Source: Candidatus Parcubacteria bacterium (GTDB taxonomy: Bacteria > Patescibacteriota > Minisyncoccia > Minisyncoccales > JAGMDC01). Taken from it: a DNA stretch of 64,000 nt. Shown piece by piece: positions 1 to 9,076 of the stretch. The stretch covers positions 43,364-107,363 of the forward strand of contig JAGLYZ010000002.1 in the NCBI GenBank assembly GCA_023131895.1, given 5' to 3'. Under the pieces are notes generated by a model. That model did no database searches. It was not told where the DNA came from and saw only the letters and a program-made list of their open reading frames with translations. Position numbers and translations under genes: made by a program. Every line of letters starts with the position of its first letter. Within the stretch, counting starts at the first letter, position 1.

Positions 1-1627
1 TTTTGTCAGCATTTCGGACAGTACTCAAGCGATGGGCAATAATAAAAGTTGTTCGATTTTTAATCAATTTTTCCAATGCGCCCTGAACTAATCTTTCTGA
101 TTCCATATCTAATGAAGAAGTGGCTTCATCTAAAATCAAAATTTTAGGATCACGAATTATGGCCCGAGCAATAGCCAGTCGCTGTTTTTGGCCAGTAGAA
201 AGCTTAATTCCCCGCTCTCCAACAATTTGGTCGTATTTTTTAGGAAATGTTTCAATGAAACCATGGGCATTGGCAGCTTTTGTTGCTTCTATAATTTCTT
301 TATCCGTGGCATTTGGTTTTCCATAAAGAATATTATTTTTAACAGTATCATTAAATAAAATTATTTCTTGAGGAACATAAGCAATAATACTTCTCAAAAA
401 TGAGAGATTCATTTTTTTTGTATCTACACCATCAAATAAAATTTTTCCCTGTGTAGGAATAAAATAAAGAGAAATTAAATCTACTAAAGTAGTTTTTCCT
501 TCGCCGCTTCCGCCAACAATAGCGATTTTTTTACCGGCTAGCGCAGTAAGATTGATATCTGCTAAAATCAGACGATTTCTTTTATAACCAAAACTAACAT
601 CTTTGAATTTTATTTCTCCTTTAACCTGCTCTAATATTTTACCATCTGGATTATAATTTTCCGGCTTAATTTCTAATAATTTTCTTACTCTTTTAATAGT
701 AGTTATTCCTGTTCTGAAATCTTGCCATAGCCAAGCTAAATTCATTAATGGATGGCGCAAAATAGTTAAATAGCCCAAACACATTACTAATTTTCCCGGG
801 GTAATTAAATTTTCTCTTAAAAGCAAGAGAGCAAATCCAAATACAGAGATAAAACCTAAAGAAAAGAAAAAATTCTGCCAAAGAGACAAAGAACTCCATG
901 CCCTGAAAAAATCCTTAAAGTCTGGTCCTAATGTTTGATTATAATCTTTATTTGTTCTTTGCCTTTGGAAATTTTCCCCAGCGCAGGATTTAATTGTTTG
1001 AATATTAAGAAAAGCATCGTAAAGATTTCCTGAAACCATTTCAGAGGTCTTATTTAATTTTTTCTGGCTTTCAATAATCGGCGTAGTTTTATAAAGAGTA
1101 ATCAAAATAAAACCCAAGCATAAAAAAATTATGCCTATTGCTAATTTCCATTCTATAAAAAACAAAATTAAAATTCCTGTAGAAACAGTTAAAAATTCTG
1201 GAAAAATCCAAAAAATAACATTACTTATAATTGTTTGAAGATACATTGCGGCTCTTTCAATCTTGGAAAAAATTGCTCCAATTTTTTTCTCTGTATGAAA
1301 CTTTAATGGAAGCTCCATAACATGATTAGAGCTCTCACACATTAAATTATTGTAAGCATCAGTCGCTAAAAAATTTCCTCTTAATCTTACAAACCTGTTA
1401 AATAAAGCAGTAACAATACTCATCAAAAGCCAAATTCCTAAAAGCGCGAAAATAAAACTTAATTCTGTTGTCTGTATTGATACTAAATCAACTAGCCTTC
1501 CATAAATATAAGGGATTACTGCAGTAATTGATGAAGTGATAATAGCCAAAACCGCGAGCCTTCTAACCTCTTTTTTATATTTCCTTAAATATTCCCAAAT
1601 GATTTTAAATTCCTGTATAATTTCCAT
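1..1627 (-). CDS. ABC exporter, fused permease/ATP-binding protein (MsbA-like), C-terminus cut by window edge
   Basis: Not in the ORF track because there is no stop inside the window. My translation from the ATG at 1627 gives MEIIQEFKIIWEYLRKYKK... followed by a hydrophobic N-half. Walker A GGSGEGKTT lies at about 489-524, the signature LSTGQKQRLAIARAI at about 170-215, and Walker B ILILDEATS at about 120-145. Confidence 0.85.
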   Translation of the reverse strand, partial: MEIIQEFKIIWEYLRKYKKEVRRLAVLAIITSSITAVIPYIYGRLVDLVSIQTTELSFIFALLGIWLLMSIVTALFNRFVRLRGNFLATDAYNNLMCESSNHVMELPLKFHTEKKIGAIFSKIERAAMYLQTIISNVIFWIFPEFLTVSTGILILFFIEWKLAIGIIFLCLGFILITLYKTTPIIESQKKLNKTSEMVSGNLYDAFLNIQTIKSCAGENFQRQRTNKDYNQTLGPDFKDFFRAWSSLSLWQNFFFSLGFISVFGFALLLLRENLITPGKLVMCLGYLTILRHPLMNLAWLWQDFRTGITTIKRVRKLLEIKPENYNPDGKILEQVKGEIKFKDVSFGYKRNRLILADINLTALAGKKIAIVGGSGEGKTTLVDLISLYFIPTQGKILFDGVDTKKMNLSFLRSIIAYVPQEIILFNDTVKNNILYGKPNATDKEIIEATKAANAHGFIETFPKKYDQIVGERGIKLSTGQKQRLAIARAIIRDPKILILDEATSSLDMESERLVQGALEKLIKNRTTFIIAHRLSTVRNADK

Positions 1628-1737
1628 ATTTTTTAGAATTATTTTTTACTATATCAAATTAGATGCCAAAGATAAAGCCCCTGTTCCTGAATAAGGCATA
1701 CAAGGGCTTTAAAGATTCTTAATCAAAACATTCAAAT

Positions 1738-1872
1738 CTAAACTTCAGGAGTTGGAGGCGCTTGTGATGTTGGTCCTTGAGGCAGATTTTCTCCTTTCTT
1801 TTTTTTCATTAAAACAACTCCAGCGATTACTACTACAACAAGAATTAAAATTATCCAAGTAAGTATTTCCAT
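1738..1872 (-). CDS. possible 44-aa single-pass membrane peptide
   Basis: My translation is MEILTWIILILVVVVIAGVVLMKKKKGENLPQGPTSQAPPTPEV. It is too short for the ORF track and has no clear RBS. Confidence 0.3.
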   Translation of the reverse strand: MEILTWIILILVVVVIAGVVLMKKKKGENLPQGPTSQAPPTPEV

Positions 1873-1943
1873 ATTATTAATAAATTATTAATAAAAGCCG
1901 CGACCTTTATTGAATTATCATATTATATCACTATACAAAGCAA

Positions 1944-3323
1944 CTATACAATAGCTATCTGTGGATAACTTAATTTATATATATCCCCTGCTCCCATTAT
2001 GATTAGAATTTCTTTATTCTTTAGATTTTGTTTCAAATAATTCTCTGCTTTTTTAATAGATGAGACATACTTGACTTTTTCTCCATATGGATATTTTTTC
2101 AAGTTTTTATTAATTTTTTTAACTAATTTCTCCGAATCTACTTTACTTTTAATCGCCTTGTCTTCTCTGCCGGCAACATCATAAATGTCGGTAATAATCA
2201 ATCTATCAATCCAGCCTTTATTCAATGCCTCTTTAAAAACCTTAACAAAATCATCAAACAAATAATAAGTTCGCTGATATTGATGCGGCTGAAAAACACA
2301 CCAAATTTTCTGTTTGGAAAACTTTTCCCTGCATGCTTTTAAAGTTGCTTTTACTTCTGTTGGATGATGAGCGTAATCAGATATAATTGTTATTTTCTGC
2401 GTAATTCCGCGTTTAGTTCTGTGTAACTCCGCGTGCGTGAGCTCAAAACGGCGCCATGTTCCTTTAAATTCTGACAATGCTTGATAGCTAACTTTATCTG
2501 CAATTTTTAAAGCTCTAGCTATGGTCAAAGCAGCTAAAGCATTATAAATATTATACTCCCCTGGAATTTTCAGAATTTTTCTTAATTTCTCCTTTTCTTT
2601 TTTTTGATTTAATGAAAATACACAGGTCTGACCTGTGTATTTTTTGACTTGGGATGTCAAGATTTGAGCAATATTCTTATCATCTTTGTTAATTACTAAT
2701 ACTCCATTTTTTGGCAAATGTGATATAAACTCGTCAAAAGCTTTTAAGATATTCTTTAAGTTTTTATAATAATCCAAATGCTCCTTTTCAATATTGGTAA
2801 TAACAATAATCTTAGGCCAATAATTTAAAAATGATTCTTCATGTTCGCAGGCCTCAATAATTAAGTATTTGCTTTTGCCCATTCGAAAATTTGAATTCCC
2901 AAATTCTTTTAATTTTGTTCCAACAATTACTGTCGGGTCAAACCCGGCTTTTATTAAAACCAAAGCAGCCATTGCTGTGGTTGTGCTTTTGCCATGGGTT
3001 CCAGTTATGGCAATGGTAGAATACTTTTTTGTTAATTCTCCTAATGCCTCTGGATAAGACAAACATTTAATGCCCAGATTTTTCGCTTCTTTTAATTCTG
3101 GATTATCTTCTTTTACTGCCGGACTATAAATAATTAAATCATGATTTTTGGTTATATTTTTTGCGTATTGACCTATGATAATTTTAATCCCTTTTCTTTT
3201 CAGTAATTTAGTAATTTCAGAAGATGCTAAATCAGAGCCAGAAACTTGCTCGCCTTTTGCTAAACAATATTGAGCTAAAGCAGAAACGCCAATTCCGCCA
3301 ATTCCGATAAAATGAATTTTCAT
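1944..3323 (-). CDS. murC: UDP-N-acetylmuramate--L-alanine ligase
   Basis: N-terminal GIGGIGVSALA dinucleotide-fold motif and Mur ligase P-loop GTHGKSTTT. The 459-aa length is typical of MurC. Confidence 0.9.
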   Translation of the reverse strand: MKIHFIGIGGIGVSALAQYCLAKGEQVSGSDLASSEITKLLKRKGIKIIIGQYAKNITKNHDLIIYSPAVKEDNPELKEAKNLGIKCLSYPEALGELTKKYSTIAITGTHGKSTTTAMAALVLIKAGFDPTVIVGTKLKEFGNSNFRMGKSKYLIIEACEHEESFLNYWPKIIVITNIEKEHLDYYKNLKNILKAFDEFISHLPKNGVLVINKDDKNIAQILTSQVKKYTGQTCVFSLNQKKEKEKLRKILKIPGEYNIYNALAALTIARALKIADKVSYQALSEFKGTWRRFELTHAELHRTKRGITQKITIISDYAHHPTEVKATLKACREKFSKQKIWCVFQPHQYQRTYYLFDDFVKVFKEALNKGWIDRLIITDIYDVAGREDKAIKSKVDSEKLVKKINKNLKKYPYGEKVKYVSSIKKAENYLKQNLKNKEILIIMGAGDIYKLSYPQIAIV

Positions 3324-3919
3324 TTTAATGATATTGATTCTAATATAGTATATTTAGGACCTGCGCGTTTTAATTCGCTTTCCATTACTTCAATTGAATT
3401 TACTAGAAAGTTTAAAGAAATTTCCTCATCTATCTCCGGTCTTTCTTCTGGTTCCATTTTTCTCCATTCCCAAGCTTTAATTCTACCTAAAGTAATATGC
3501 GGCTTGAATTCCCTGTTTTCTGAAATAAAATTTATTCCAGTATGAATTAAAGATTTTTCCAAATCCTGTTTTAGATTAGCTAATTCTTCTACTTTTTGTC
3601 CTTCTGCCCAGACCATTCTTGGGGGTATTTTTTTAGGAGGGGCGTAGCAAATTCTATCCAAATTTATTGAAAAAGATGAATTTCCTGAAACTGCTTCTTT
3701 TGTAATTTTACAAATTTCTAACAGTTCTTCATCGCGGATAGAACCAATAAAAACTAAAGTAATATGAAGATTATCCGGCTTTACCGATTTAATAGGTAAA
3801 TCTGGCCATTTTTCTTGATAAACTGAAAGTTTCCTTTTAATATCTTCAGGCAGATTTATAGCAATAAAAATTCTTTTCCTCATTAATTTTAGCATAGCAG
3901 AATATTGACTTTTTCTCAA
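3320..3919 (-). CDS. thpR: RNA 2',3'-cyclic phosphodiesterase / 2'-5' RNA ligase family (2H phosphoesterase)
   Basis: Two HxT motifs, LHITLVF and PHITLGR. The true start is probably an internal Met (MRKRIFIAINLP, about 3883). Confidence 0.8.
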   Translation of the reverse strand: MRKSQYSAMLKLMRKRIFIAINLPEDIKRKLSVYQEKWPDLPIKSVKPDNLHITLVFIGSIRDEELLEICKITKEAVSGNSSFSINLDRICYAPPKKIPPRMVWAEGQKVEELANLKQDLEKSLIHTGINFISENREFKPHITLGRIKAWEWRKMEPEERPEIDEEISLNFLVNSIEVMESELKRAGPKYTILESISLK

Positions 3920-3960
3920 GAAACTGATTAGATTGATTAACAGTTATTTAAAAACTTGAA

Positions 3961-4893
3961 ATGGGAAAAATGAAAGAAAAAGAAGATAAAGAAGAAAATG
4001 ATTGTCCATTAAAAGCTGAACAAATAAAAAAATGTCCTGAGTGCGGTTCTAAGGGTCTGGTACGGAATTATGATAAAGCAGAAATTTTTTGCGAGGATTG
4101 CGGGTTAGTAATAACAGAAAATATCGTTGACCTTGGTCCTGAGTGGCGTGCTTTTGATTTAGAACAGAAGTCCAAACGGGAGAGGACTGGCGCGCCAATG
4201 ACTTACAGAATTTATGATAAAGGATTGAGTACGAGTACATCTGTAAATAAAATACCGGGACTCTATCGCCCGAGAGACTGGCAAATTCACGTTGCGAATA
4301 CAACCGAAAGGAGTTTCATCTTCGCCCTAACTGAGATTGAGCGGATGGCATCTGCGCTTAGACTGCCGGTGAATATCAGGGAGACAACGTCTATGTTATA
4401 CCGCAAAGCGATGAAGAAGCGGCTAATCCGTGGGCGTAGCATAGAAGCAATAACTTCTGCTCTCCTATATATTAGCTGCAGACAGTATAGTGTGCCGCGA
4501 ACATTGGATGAGATTACAGAAATATCAAAAGTCGGGCAGAAAGAGATAAGCCGGGCATATCGCTTCCTTTTACGAGAACTGGACTTGAAAGTTTCGCCTG
4601 CCTCTCCTGCTGATTTTGTGCCGCGTTTCTGTTCCTTGCTTGATTTGGGAGACGATATAAGATCAAAAGCAGTAGAGATAATCAAAAAAGCAGAAGAAGT
4701 GGAACTAACCAATGGAAGAGGACCTATAGGAATAGCAGGAGCTGCTATTTATATCGCTGCGATGATAAGTGGTAAGCATCGTACACAAAAAGAGTTATCG
4801 AATGTTACGGGTGTGACCGAGGTCACAATAAGAAATAGATACAAAGAAATGTCAAAAGAATTAGCGATAGAGGAAATAGATACATTCCTGTGA
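3961..4893 (+). CDS. tfb: transcription initiation factor IIB / archaeal TFB homolog, full length
   Basis: N-terminal Zn ribbon CPEC-x15-CEDC and a B-reader/linker-like DLGPEWRAF. Two cyclin-fold repeats follow ([17 protein letters not shown]...[17 protein letters not shown] and ...[35 protein letters not shown]). The C-terminus is [12 protein letters not shown]. Confidence 0.85.
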   Translation: MGKMKEKEDKEENDCPLKAEQIKKCPECGSKGLVRNYDKAEIFCEDCGLVITENIVDLGPEWRAFDLEQKSKRERTGAPMTYRIYDKGLSTSTSVNKIPGLYRPRDWQIHVANTTERSFIFALTEIERMASALRLPVNIRETTSMLYRKAMKKRLIRGRSIEAITSALLYISCRQYSVPRTLDEITEISKVGQKEISRAYRFLLRELDLKVSPASPADFVPRFCSLLDLGDDIRSKAVEIIKKAEEVELTNGRGPIGIAGAAIYIAAMISGKHRTQKELSNVTGVTEVTIRNRYKEMSKELAIEEIDTFL

Positions 4894-4918
4894 CAATATT
4901 CTGGACAAAAGTAAGAAT

Positions 4919-4944
4919 AGGGATTAATTTCCCTTATTTTTTTT
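4919..4944 (+). terminator. weak hairpin plus T8 run downstream of tfb
   Basis: aggga-ttaatt-tccct followed by tatttttttt. Confidence 0.45.
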
Positions 4945-5016
4945 GACGAAGCTATTCTTTTGTTGTAATATGTAAATATAGTCCTTTTCTAAAAAGGCGG
5001 AAAAGAGGTAAAAAAA

Positions 5017-5622
5017 ATGGTAGACTTTGAAAAGAGAAAAGAAATAGTAGAAAGATTGAGATTCTACGAGGAAGGTATAGTATATTTAATGGATCGTCCC
5101 CAGTACTATCGATTTATAAGATATAAACTAAGAAACGCATTATCTACAAGAAAAGAAGAATTAGAGAAAACAATAAAGAAATTTAACATAAGCAAACACC
5201 GCGAAGAAACTTTGATTGAATTATTGGAAGAATTGGTAGATTTGGCGATGATAGAAAAAATTGACCTGATTATTGGCAACAACAAAAACATAGAAAGAAA
5301 AGTGAAAAAAATACTGAATACCACTATTTCTTATATAAGAAATATGAAAGGCGTCAGGATAAATCTGAAAAATGAATTCGGAATAAATGTAGATGACTAT
5401 TTTGAAAAGTTTTTCAGGAACTGCCAAAATACTTTTGAGATGATTAGTATAAAACCAAAAATAGAAGTTTTGACAGAGAGAATAGAAAACGAGAAATTAT
5501 TACCAGAAATCGACAAAGACGAGGTTTTAAATCAAATCGCGAAAATAGAGACAAAAAGTCAACTCGAAAAATTCCGGAGAATAATGGAAGAAAGAATGGG
5601 GATAATAGTAAAGGTCTTTTAA
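5017..5622 (+). CDS. hypothetical helical protein, no recognisable motif
   Basis: 201-aa ORF with an AAGAGG RBS-like element upstream and a hairpin terminator downstream. Confidence 0.6.
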   Translation: MVDFEKRKEIVERLRFYEEGIVYLMDRPQYYRFIRYKLRNALSTRKEELEKTIKKFNISKHREETLIELLEELVDLAMIEKIDLIIGNNKNIERKVKKILNTTISYIRNMKGVRINLKNEFGINVDDYFEKFFRNCQNTFEMISIKPKIEVLTERIENEKLLPEIDKDEVLNQIAKIETKSQLEKFRRIMEERMGIIVKVF

Positions 5623-5628
5623 AAATTC

Positions 5629-5655
5629 GGTTCGCTTATGCGAGCCTCTTTTTAT
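5629..5655 (+). terminator. rho-independent terminator
   Basis: ggttcgc-ttat-gcgagcc stem-loop followed by tctttttattt. Confidence 0.65.
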
Positions 5656-5685
5656 TTATCTAAAAAGTGATAAAATTAAAATATA

Positions 5686-6753
5686 ATGAAAGAAGCAATA
5701 TTATACAAAAAACTTGCGGACAAAAGAGTTTACCCTGTTAAATCCCCGACAAGTCGTGGTGCGAAGCAATTTAACAGGGTGAAATGCCAGAATTGCGCTC
5801 ATTATTGTGTTATTGAAGAAGGAAAGCGAGGGATTTGCGGTGTCCGAGAAAATATTAATGGAAAACTTTATGCCCTGAATTATGGCAAAGCAATTGCCTG
5901 TAATATTGACCCTATTGAGAAAAAACCTTTATTTCATTTTTTACCAGGCACTCAATCACTATCTATAGCTACGGTAGGATGTAATTTTAGATGTGCTAAT
6001 TGCCAAAATTGGGATATATCCCAAGGTCCAAAACCAAACAAACCAATTTTAGGAGAAGATTTGTCGCCAAGAGAAATTGTTAAAATCGCCAAAGAGAATA
6101 ACTTGCCCTCTATTGCTTATACATATACCTCCCCCACTATTTTTTCTGAATATGCCTTAAATACAATGAAATTGGCCAAAGAACAAGGAATAAAAAATAT
6201 ATGGATAAGCAATGGATTTTGGTCAAAAGAATTATTCGAAATGATTTCTCCTTTTTTAGATGCTGCCAATATTGATTTGAAGGGTTTTTCTGACGATTTT
6301 TATATTAAATACTGCGGCGGCCGTGTTCAGCCAGTTTTAGATACCTTAGAACGCATAAAAAAGAAAAAAATCTGGCTGGAAGTGACTACTTTAGTAATTC
6401 CTAGTTTAACTGATTCTAAAGAAATGTTTGAAAATATTGCTAATTTTATCAAAAACGAATTAGACGCTGAAACGCCCTGGCATATTTCTCAATTTTCCGG
6501 AGCAATTTCCTGGAAATTGCAGCACTTGCCTGATACACCGGTTAAAACATTAAAAATGGCTTATGAAATTGGTAAAAGGGCTGGGTTGAAGTATGTTTAT
6601 ACTGGCAATGTACCGGGATTAGAAAGCGAAAACACTTATTGCCCAAAATGCGGAACTTTGGCAATTGAGCGGCTCGGCTATGCCATAAAACGTTTTGACA
6701 AAAATGGAAAATGCTCAAAATGTAGAGGAGAATTAGATTTAATTTTAAATTAA
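5686..6753 (+). CDS. AmmeMemoRadiSam system radical SAM enzyme
   Basis: CNFRCANCQNW radical SAM CxxxCxxC cluster, plus N- and C-terminal Cys pairs (CQNCAHYC, CPKCG...CSKC). It sits beside the LigB/Memo-like and AMMECR1 genes. Confidence 0.8.
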   Translation: MKEAILYKKLADKRVYPVKSPTSRGAKQFNRVKCQNCAHYCVIEEGKRGICGVRENINGKLYALNYGKAIACNIDPIEKKPLFHFLPGTQSLSIATVGCNFRCANCQNWDISQGPKPNKPILGEDLSPREIVKIAKENNLPSIAYTYTSPTIFSEYALNTMKLAKEQGIKNIWISNGFWSKELFEMISPFLDAANIDLKGFSDDFYIKYCGGRVQPVLDTLERIKKKKIWLEVTTLVIPSLTDSKEMFENIANFIKNELDAETPWHISQFSGAISWKLQHLPDTPVKTLKMAYEIGKRAGLKYVYTGNVPGLESENTYCPKCGTLAIERLGYAIKRFDKNGKCSKCRGELDLILN

Positions 6754-6768
6754 AATTTAGAAATTTTT

Positions 6769-7380
6769 ATGATTACCTTTGCCTGCTTTTCTCCTCATCC
6801 TCCCCTACTTTTGCCAGAAGTTGGCTCATCAGAGGATAGAGAAAAAGTTAAAAAAACAATTGAAAATTTGAAGTTTTTAGGAAAGAAATTAAAGGAATCT
6901 AATCCTAGTACTATTATTATTTCCTCTCCCCATCCTGATTGGGGTTTTAATGTTCCTCTTCATTTTTTAAACCCTAAACAAAATATTCCAAGCAGGCAAT
7001 TATTTATTCCTGACAAAACTCCTGATTTTTATTATCAACAAGGAAAAGAGTTTTATAATAAACTAGAAAAAGAAAAAAAATATGCCCTGATCGCCTCTGG
7101 TGATATGTCTCATTGCTTAAAAAAGGACGGCCCTTATGGCTTGAATCCTGACGGACCTAAATTTGATAAAGCATTGATTGAATATTTAAAGAATAAAGCT
7201 CTTGAAAACTTTTTAAAGCTAGACGAAATGTATCCAGAGGCCGGCGAATGCGGTCTTCGCTCTTTTTCTTTTATTTTAGGAATTTTAGATGCCTCAGGGC
7301 AAGCTTGGCAGCCGGAAATTCTTTCTTATGAATACCCATTCGGCGTCGGCTATCTTGTTGTAAATTTCAAATTGGGTTAA
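6769..7380 (+). CDS. class III extradiol dioxygenase subunit B-like / Memo-superfamily protein
   Basis: SPHPPLL N-terminus, SSPHP and GDMSHCL motifs typical of the LigB/Memo fold, and synteny with the radical SAM and AMMECR1 genes. Confidence 0.6.
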   Translation: MITFACFSPHPPLLLPEVGSSEDREKVKKTIENLKFLGKKLKESNPSTIIISSPHPDWGFNVPLHFLNPKQNIPSRQLFIPDKTPDFYYQQGKEFYNKLEKEKKYALIASGDMSHCLKKDGPYGLNPDGPKFDKALIEYLKNKALENFLKLDEMYPEAGECGLRSFSFILGILDASGQAWQPEILSYEYPFGVGYLVVNFKLG

Positions 7381-7386
7381 TTTTGT

Positions 7387-7415
7387 TTGACAAAGATAAC
7401 AAAAATTGCTATCCT
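7387..7415 (+). promoter_or_regulatory. sigma70-like promoter (TTGACA-17-TATCCT)
   Basis: TTGACA at 7387-7392, a 17-nt spacer, and TATCCT at 7410-7415. Confidence 0.45.
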
Positions 7416-7420
7416 TATAT

Positions 7421-7541
7421 CGCTCGATGGTGTAAGCGCACGCTGCCCAACCAGGTAGAGGCCGGAGGATTATTCCTCCTTCGGGCATCGTATATCTTTT
7501 TATAGCTGTTTTACAAAATATTTAGGAGGTGAAATAAAAAA
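7421..7541 (+). promoter_or_regulatory. GC-rich structured 5' leader with an SD/anti-SD arrangement
   Basis: Hairpin GGAGGA(7464-69)-ttat-TCCTCC(7474-79). The true SD AGGAGGTGA lies at about 7523-7531. GC is locally much higher than in the flanks. Confidence 0.4.
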
Positions 7542-7745
7542 ATGGACATGGATAGAGAATATTGGACAATGGGTTTGGTAGTTGGAATGATACTTTTAAT
7601 AATAGGAGTAATCGGAACAATCTTTTTAGATGATAAAGCAGGAATTTACCCCTATCTTTGTATAGCAGCTACGGCAGTTATGATTGTTCCTTCTATTATT
7701 CATTTATTTGTGTATCACCAATATCACCAAAACGAAATCTTATGA
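7542..7745 (+). CDS. small two-TM membrane protein (67 aa)
   Basis: Strong SD, two hydrophobic segments, and its own promoter and terminator. Confidence 0.6.
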   Translation: MDMDREYWTMGLVVGMILLIIGVIGTIFLDDKAGIYPYLCIAATAVMIVPSIIHLFVYHQYHQNEIL

Positions 7746-7768
7746 GGAGACATCACTCCTCTTTTTTA
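7744..7768 (+). terminator. rho-independent terminator
   Basis: gaggag-acatca-ctcctc followed by ttttttatt. Confidence 0.7.
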
Positions 7769-7832
7769 TTTACTAAAATCATTGTAGAATAAAACCAGAG
7801 GCAAGAATTTATAGGCATTTAATACACTTTTT

Positions 7833-8399
7833 ATGAACCAATATAGTTTACTTGCCAAAAATGCGGTGGAAATATATATTAAAGAAGCAAGGATTATTTC
7901 TGCTCCTGAAAATCTGATTAAAGAGTTTTTCACAAAAAAAGCTGGAGTTTTTGTTACTATTGAGGAAAAAGATGAATTGCGAGGATGTATTGGCACTTAT
8001 TTGCCAACTAAAAACAATATTGCTAAAGAAGTGATTCACAATGCCATTGCCGCTGCAACTGAGGATTATCGCTTCTCCCCTATCCAGAAAGAAGAACTTT
8101 CAGAGCTTTCTTATACTGTATATGTTTTAAACAAGCCAGAACCAATCAAGAGCATAAATGAATTAGATCCGAAAAAATACGGCATCCTTGTAAAATCGCA
8201 GTCCTTTTCTTCTGGCTCTGATGTTATCTTTGAACCTGCGCCAAGAGCTCATTATAAATCAGGATTACTTTTACCAGGATTAGACGGCGTGGATACTTCA
8301 GAAAAACAAATTTCTATTGCCTGCCAAAAAGGAAACATAAATCCAGAAACAGAAAAAATAATAATTTACAAATTTACAGTAGATAAATTTGAGCAATAG
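7833..8399 (+). CDS. AMMECR1 domain protein (AmmeMemoRadiSam system protein A)
   Basis: GVFVTIEEKDELRGCIGT motif typical of AMMECR1; 188 aa. Confidence 0.8.
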   Translation: MNQYSLLAKNAVEIYIKEARIISAPENLIKEFFTKKAGVFVTIEEKDELRGCIGTYLPTKNNIAKEVIHNAIAAATEDYRFSPIQKEELSELSYTVYVLNKPEPIKSINELDPKKYGILVKSQSFSSGSDVIFEPAPRAHYKSGLLLPGLDGVDTSEKQISIACQKGNINPETEKIIIYKFTVDKFEQ

Positions 8400-9069
8400 C
8401 ATGACTAATAAAAAAATCGCTAAAATATTATACGAAATAGAAGAATTGTTGAAAATAAAAGGAGTGTCTTTTAAGCCAAGAGCTTACCATAAAGCCGCTT
8501 TAACTCTGGACAATTTAGAGAAAGATATTGCTGATGTTTATAAGGAAAGAGGCATTAAGGGCTTGAAGGAAATCCAAGGCGTGGGAAAAAGCATTGCTGA
8601 TAAAATTGAAGAATATCTGAAAAAGGGAAAGATTAAATATTACGAGAAGTTAAAACAAGAAACTGCTGTCCGCCAGATTGTTACTTATTATTTTCAAACA
8701 AAAGGTTTGAGTTTGGAAAACTTAAAAAGAGATGCTAAAAAGAGAAAAATAGTTTATTCCAGGTTTACCAAACCGGCTAAACAGCTTTTGGAACTTGCTG
8801 GCTCAATAGAAAAAGCAAAAAAAGCCATGTCTACGGTTGCTGAATGGGCAAAATCCAGAAACCTGGATTATGCTATTGAAACAGTTTTTAAAAAATGGCT
8901 GGAATTAGACAGGTTAAAACCAAAAGAGATTGTTAAAAAACCGTTTTATAGAAACGATCCAATGGTTTGGTCAAAGGCAAAAAGAAAATGGTATGTTATT
9001 GACAAAAACGGCCAATGGCTGGAATTTGCTGACAAAGAATCAAAAATTGAGTGGAAAATCGTAAAGTAA
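8389..9069 (+). CDS. helix-hairpin-helix protein with a Pol X/Pol beta N-terminal-like domain and an unknown C-terminal domain
   Basis: The N-terminus NKKIAKILYEIEELLKIKGVSFKPRAYHKAALTL...IQGVGKSIADKIEEYL resembles the Pol X 8-kDa/HhH region. No polymerase palm motifs are present. Confidence 0.55.
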   Translation: MSNSMTNKKIAKILYEIEELLKIKGVSFKPRAYHKAALTLDNLEKDIADVYKERGIKGLKEIQGVGKSIADKIEEYLKKGKIKYYEKLKQETAVRQIVTYYFQTKGLSLENLKRDAKKRKIVYSRFTKPAKQLLELAGSIEKAKKAMSTVAEWAKSRNLDYAIETVFKKWLELDRLKPKEIVKKPFYRNDPMVWSKAKRKWYVIDKNGQWLEFADKESKIEWKIVK

Positions 9070-9076
9070 TCTATCT

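Noticed and set aside
3920-3960. Archaeal BRE/TATA promoter (ttatttaaaaa) upstream of tfb
   Set aside because: The distance to either candidate ATG is not convincing, and TATA-like strings are expected by chance in this AT-rich intergenic DNA.
7294-7488. 64-aa minus-strand ORF (MPEGGIILRP...)
   Set aside because: It overlaps the 3' end of the LigB-like gene and runs antisense through the structured leader. Its SD-like GGAGGA is better explained as one arm of the leader hairpin.
7421-7496. Fluoride (crcB) riboswitch or SRP RNA identity for the GC-rich leader
   Set aside because: There is only partial resemblance (CGAUGGUGU and ACCAGGU.AG.CCGGA.GGA). The 3' pseudoknot segment of the fluoride motif and the 3' strand of SRP helix 8 are absent. 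The downstream gene is not crcB-like.
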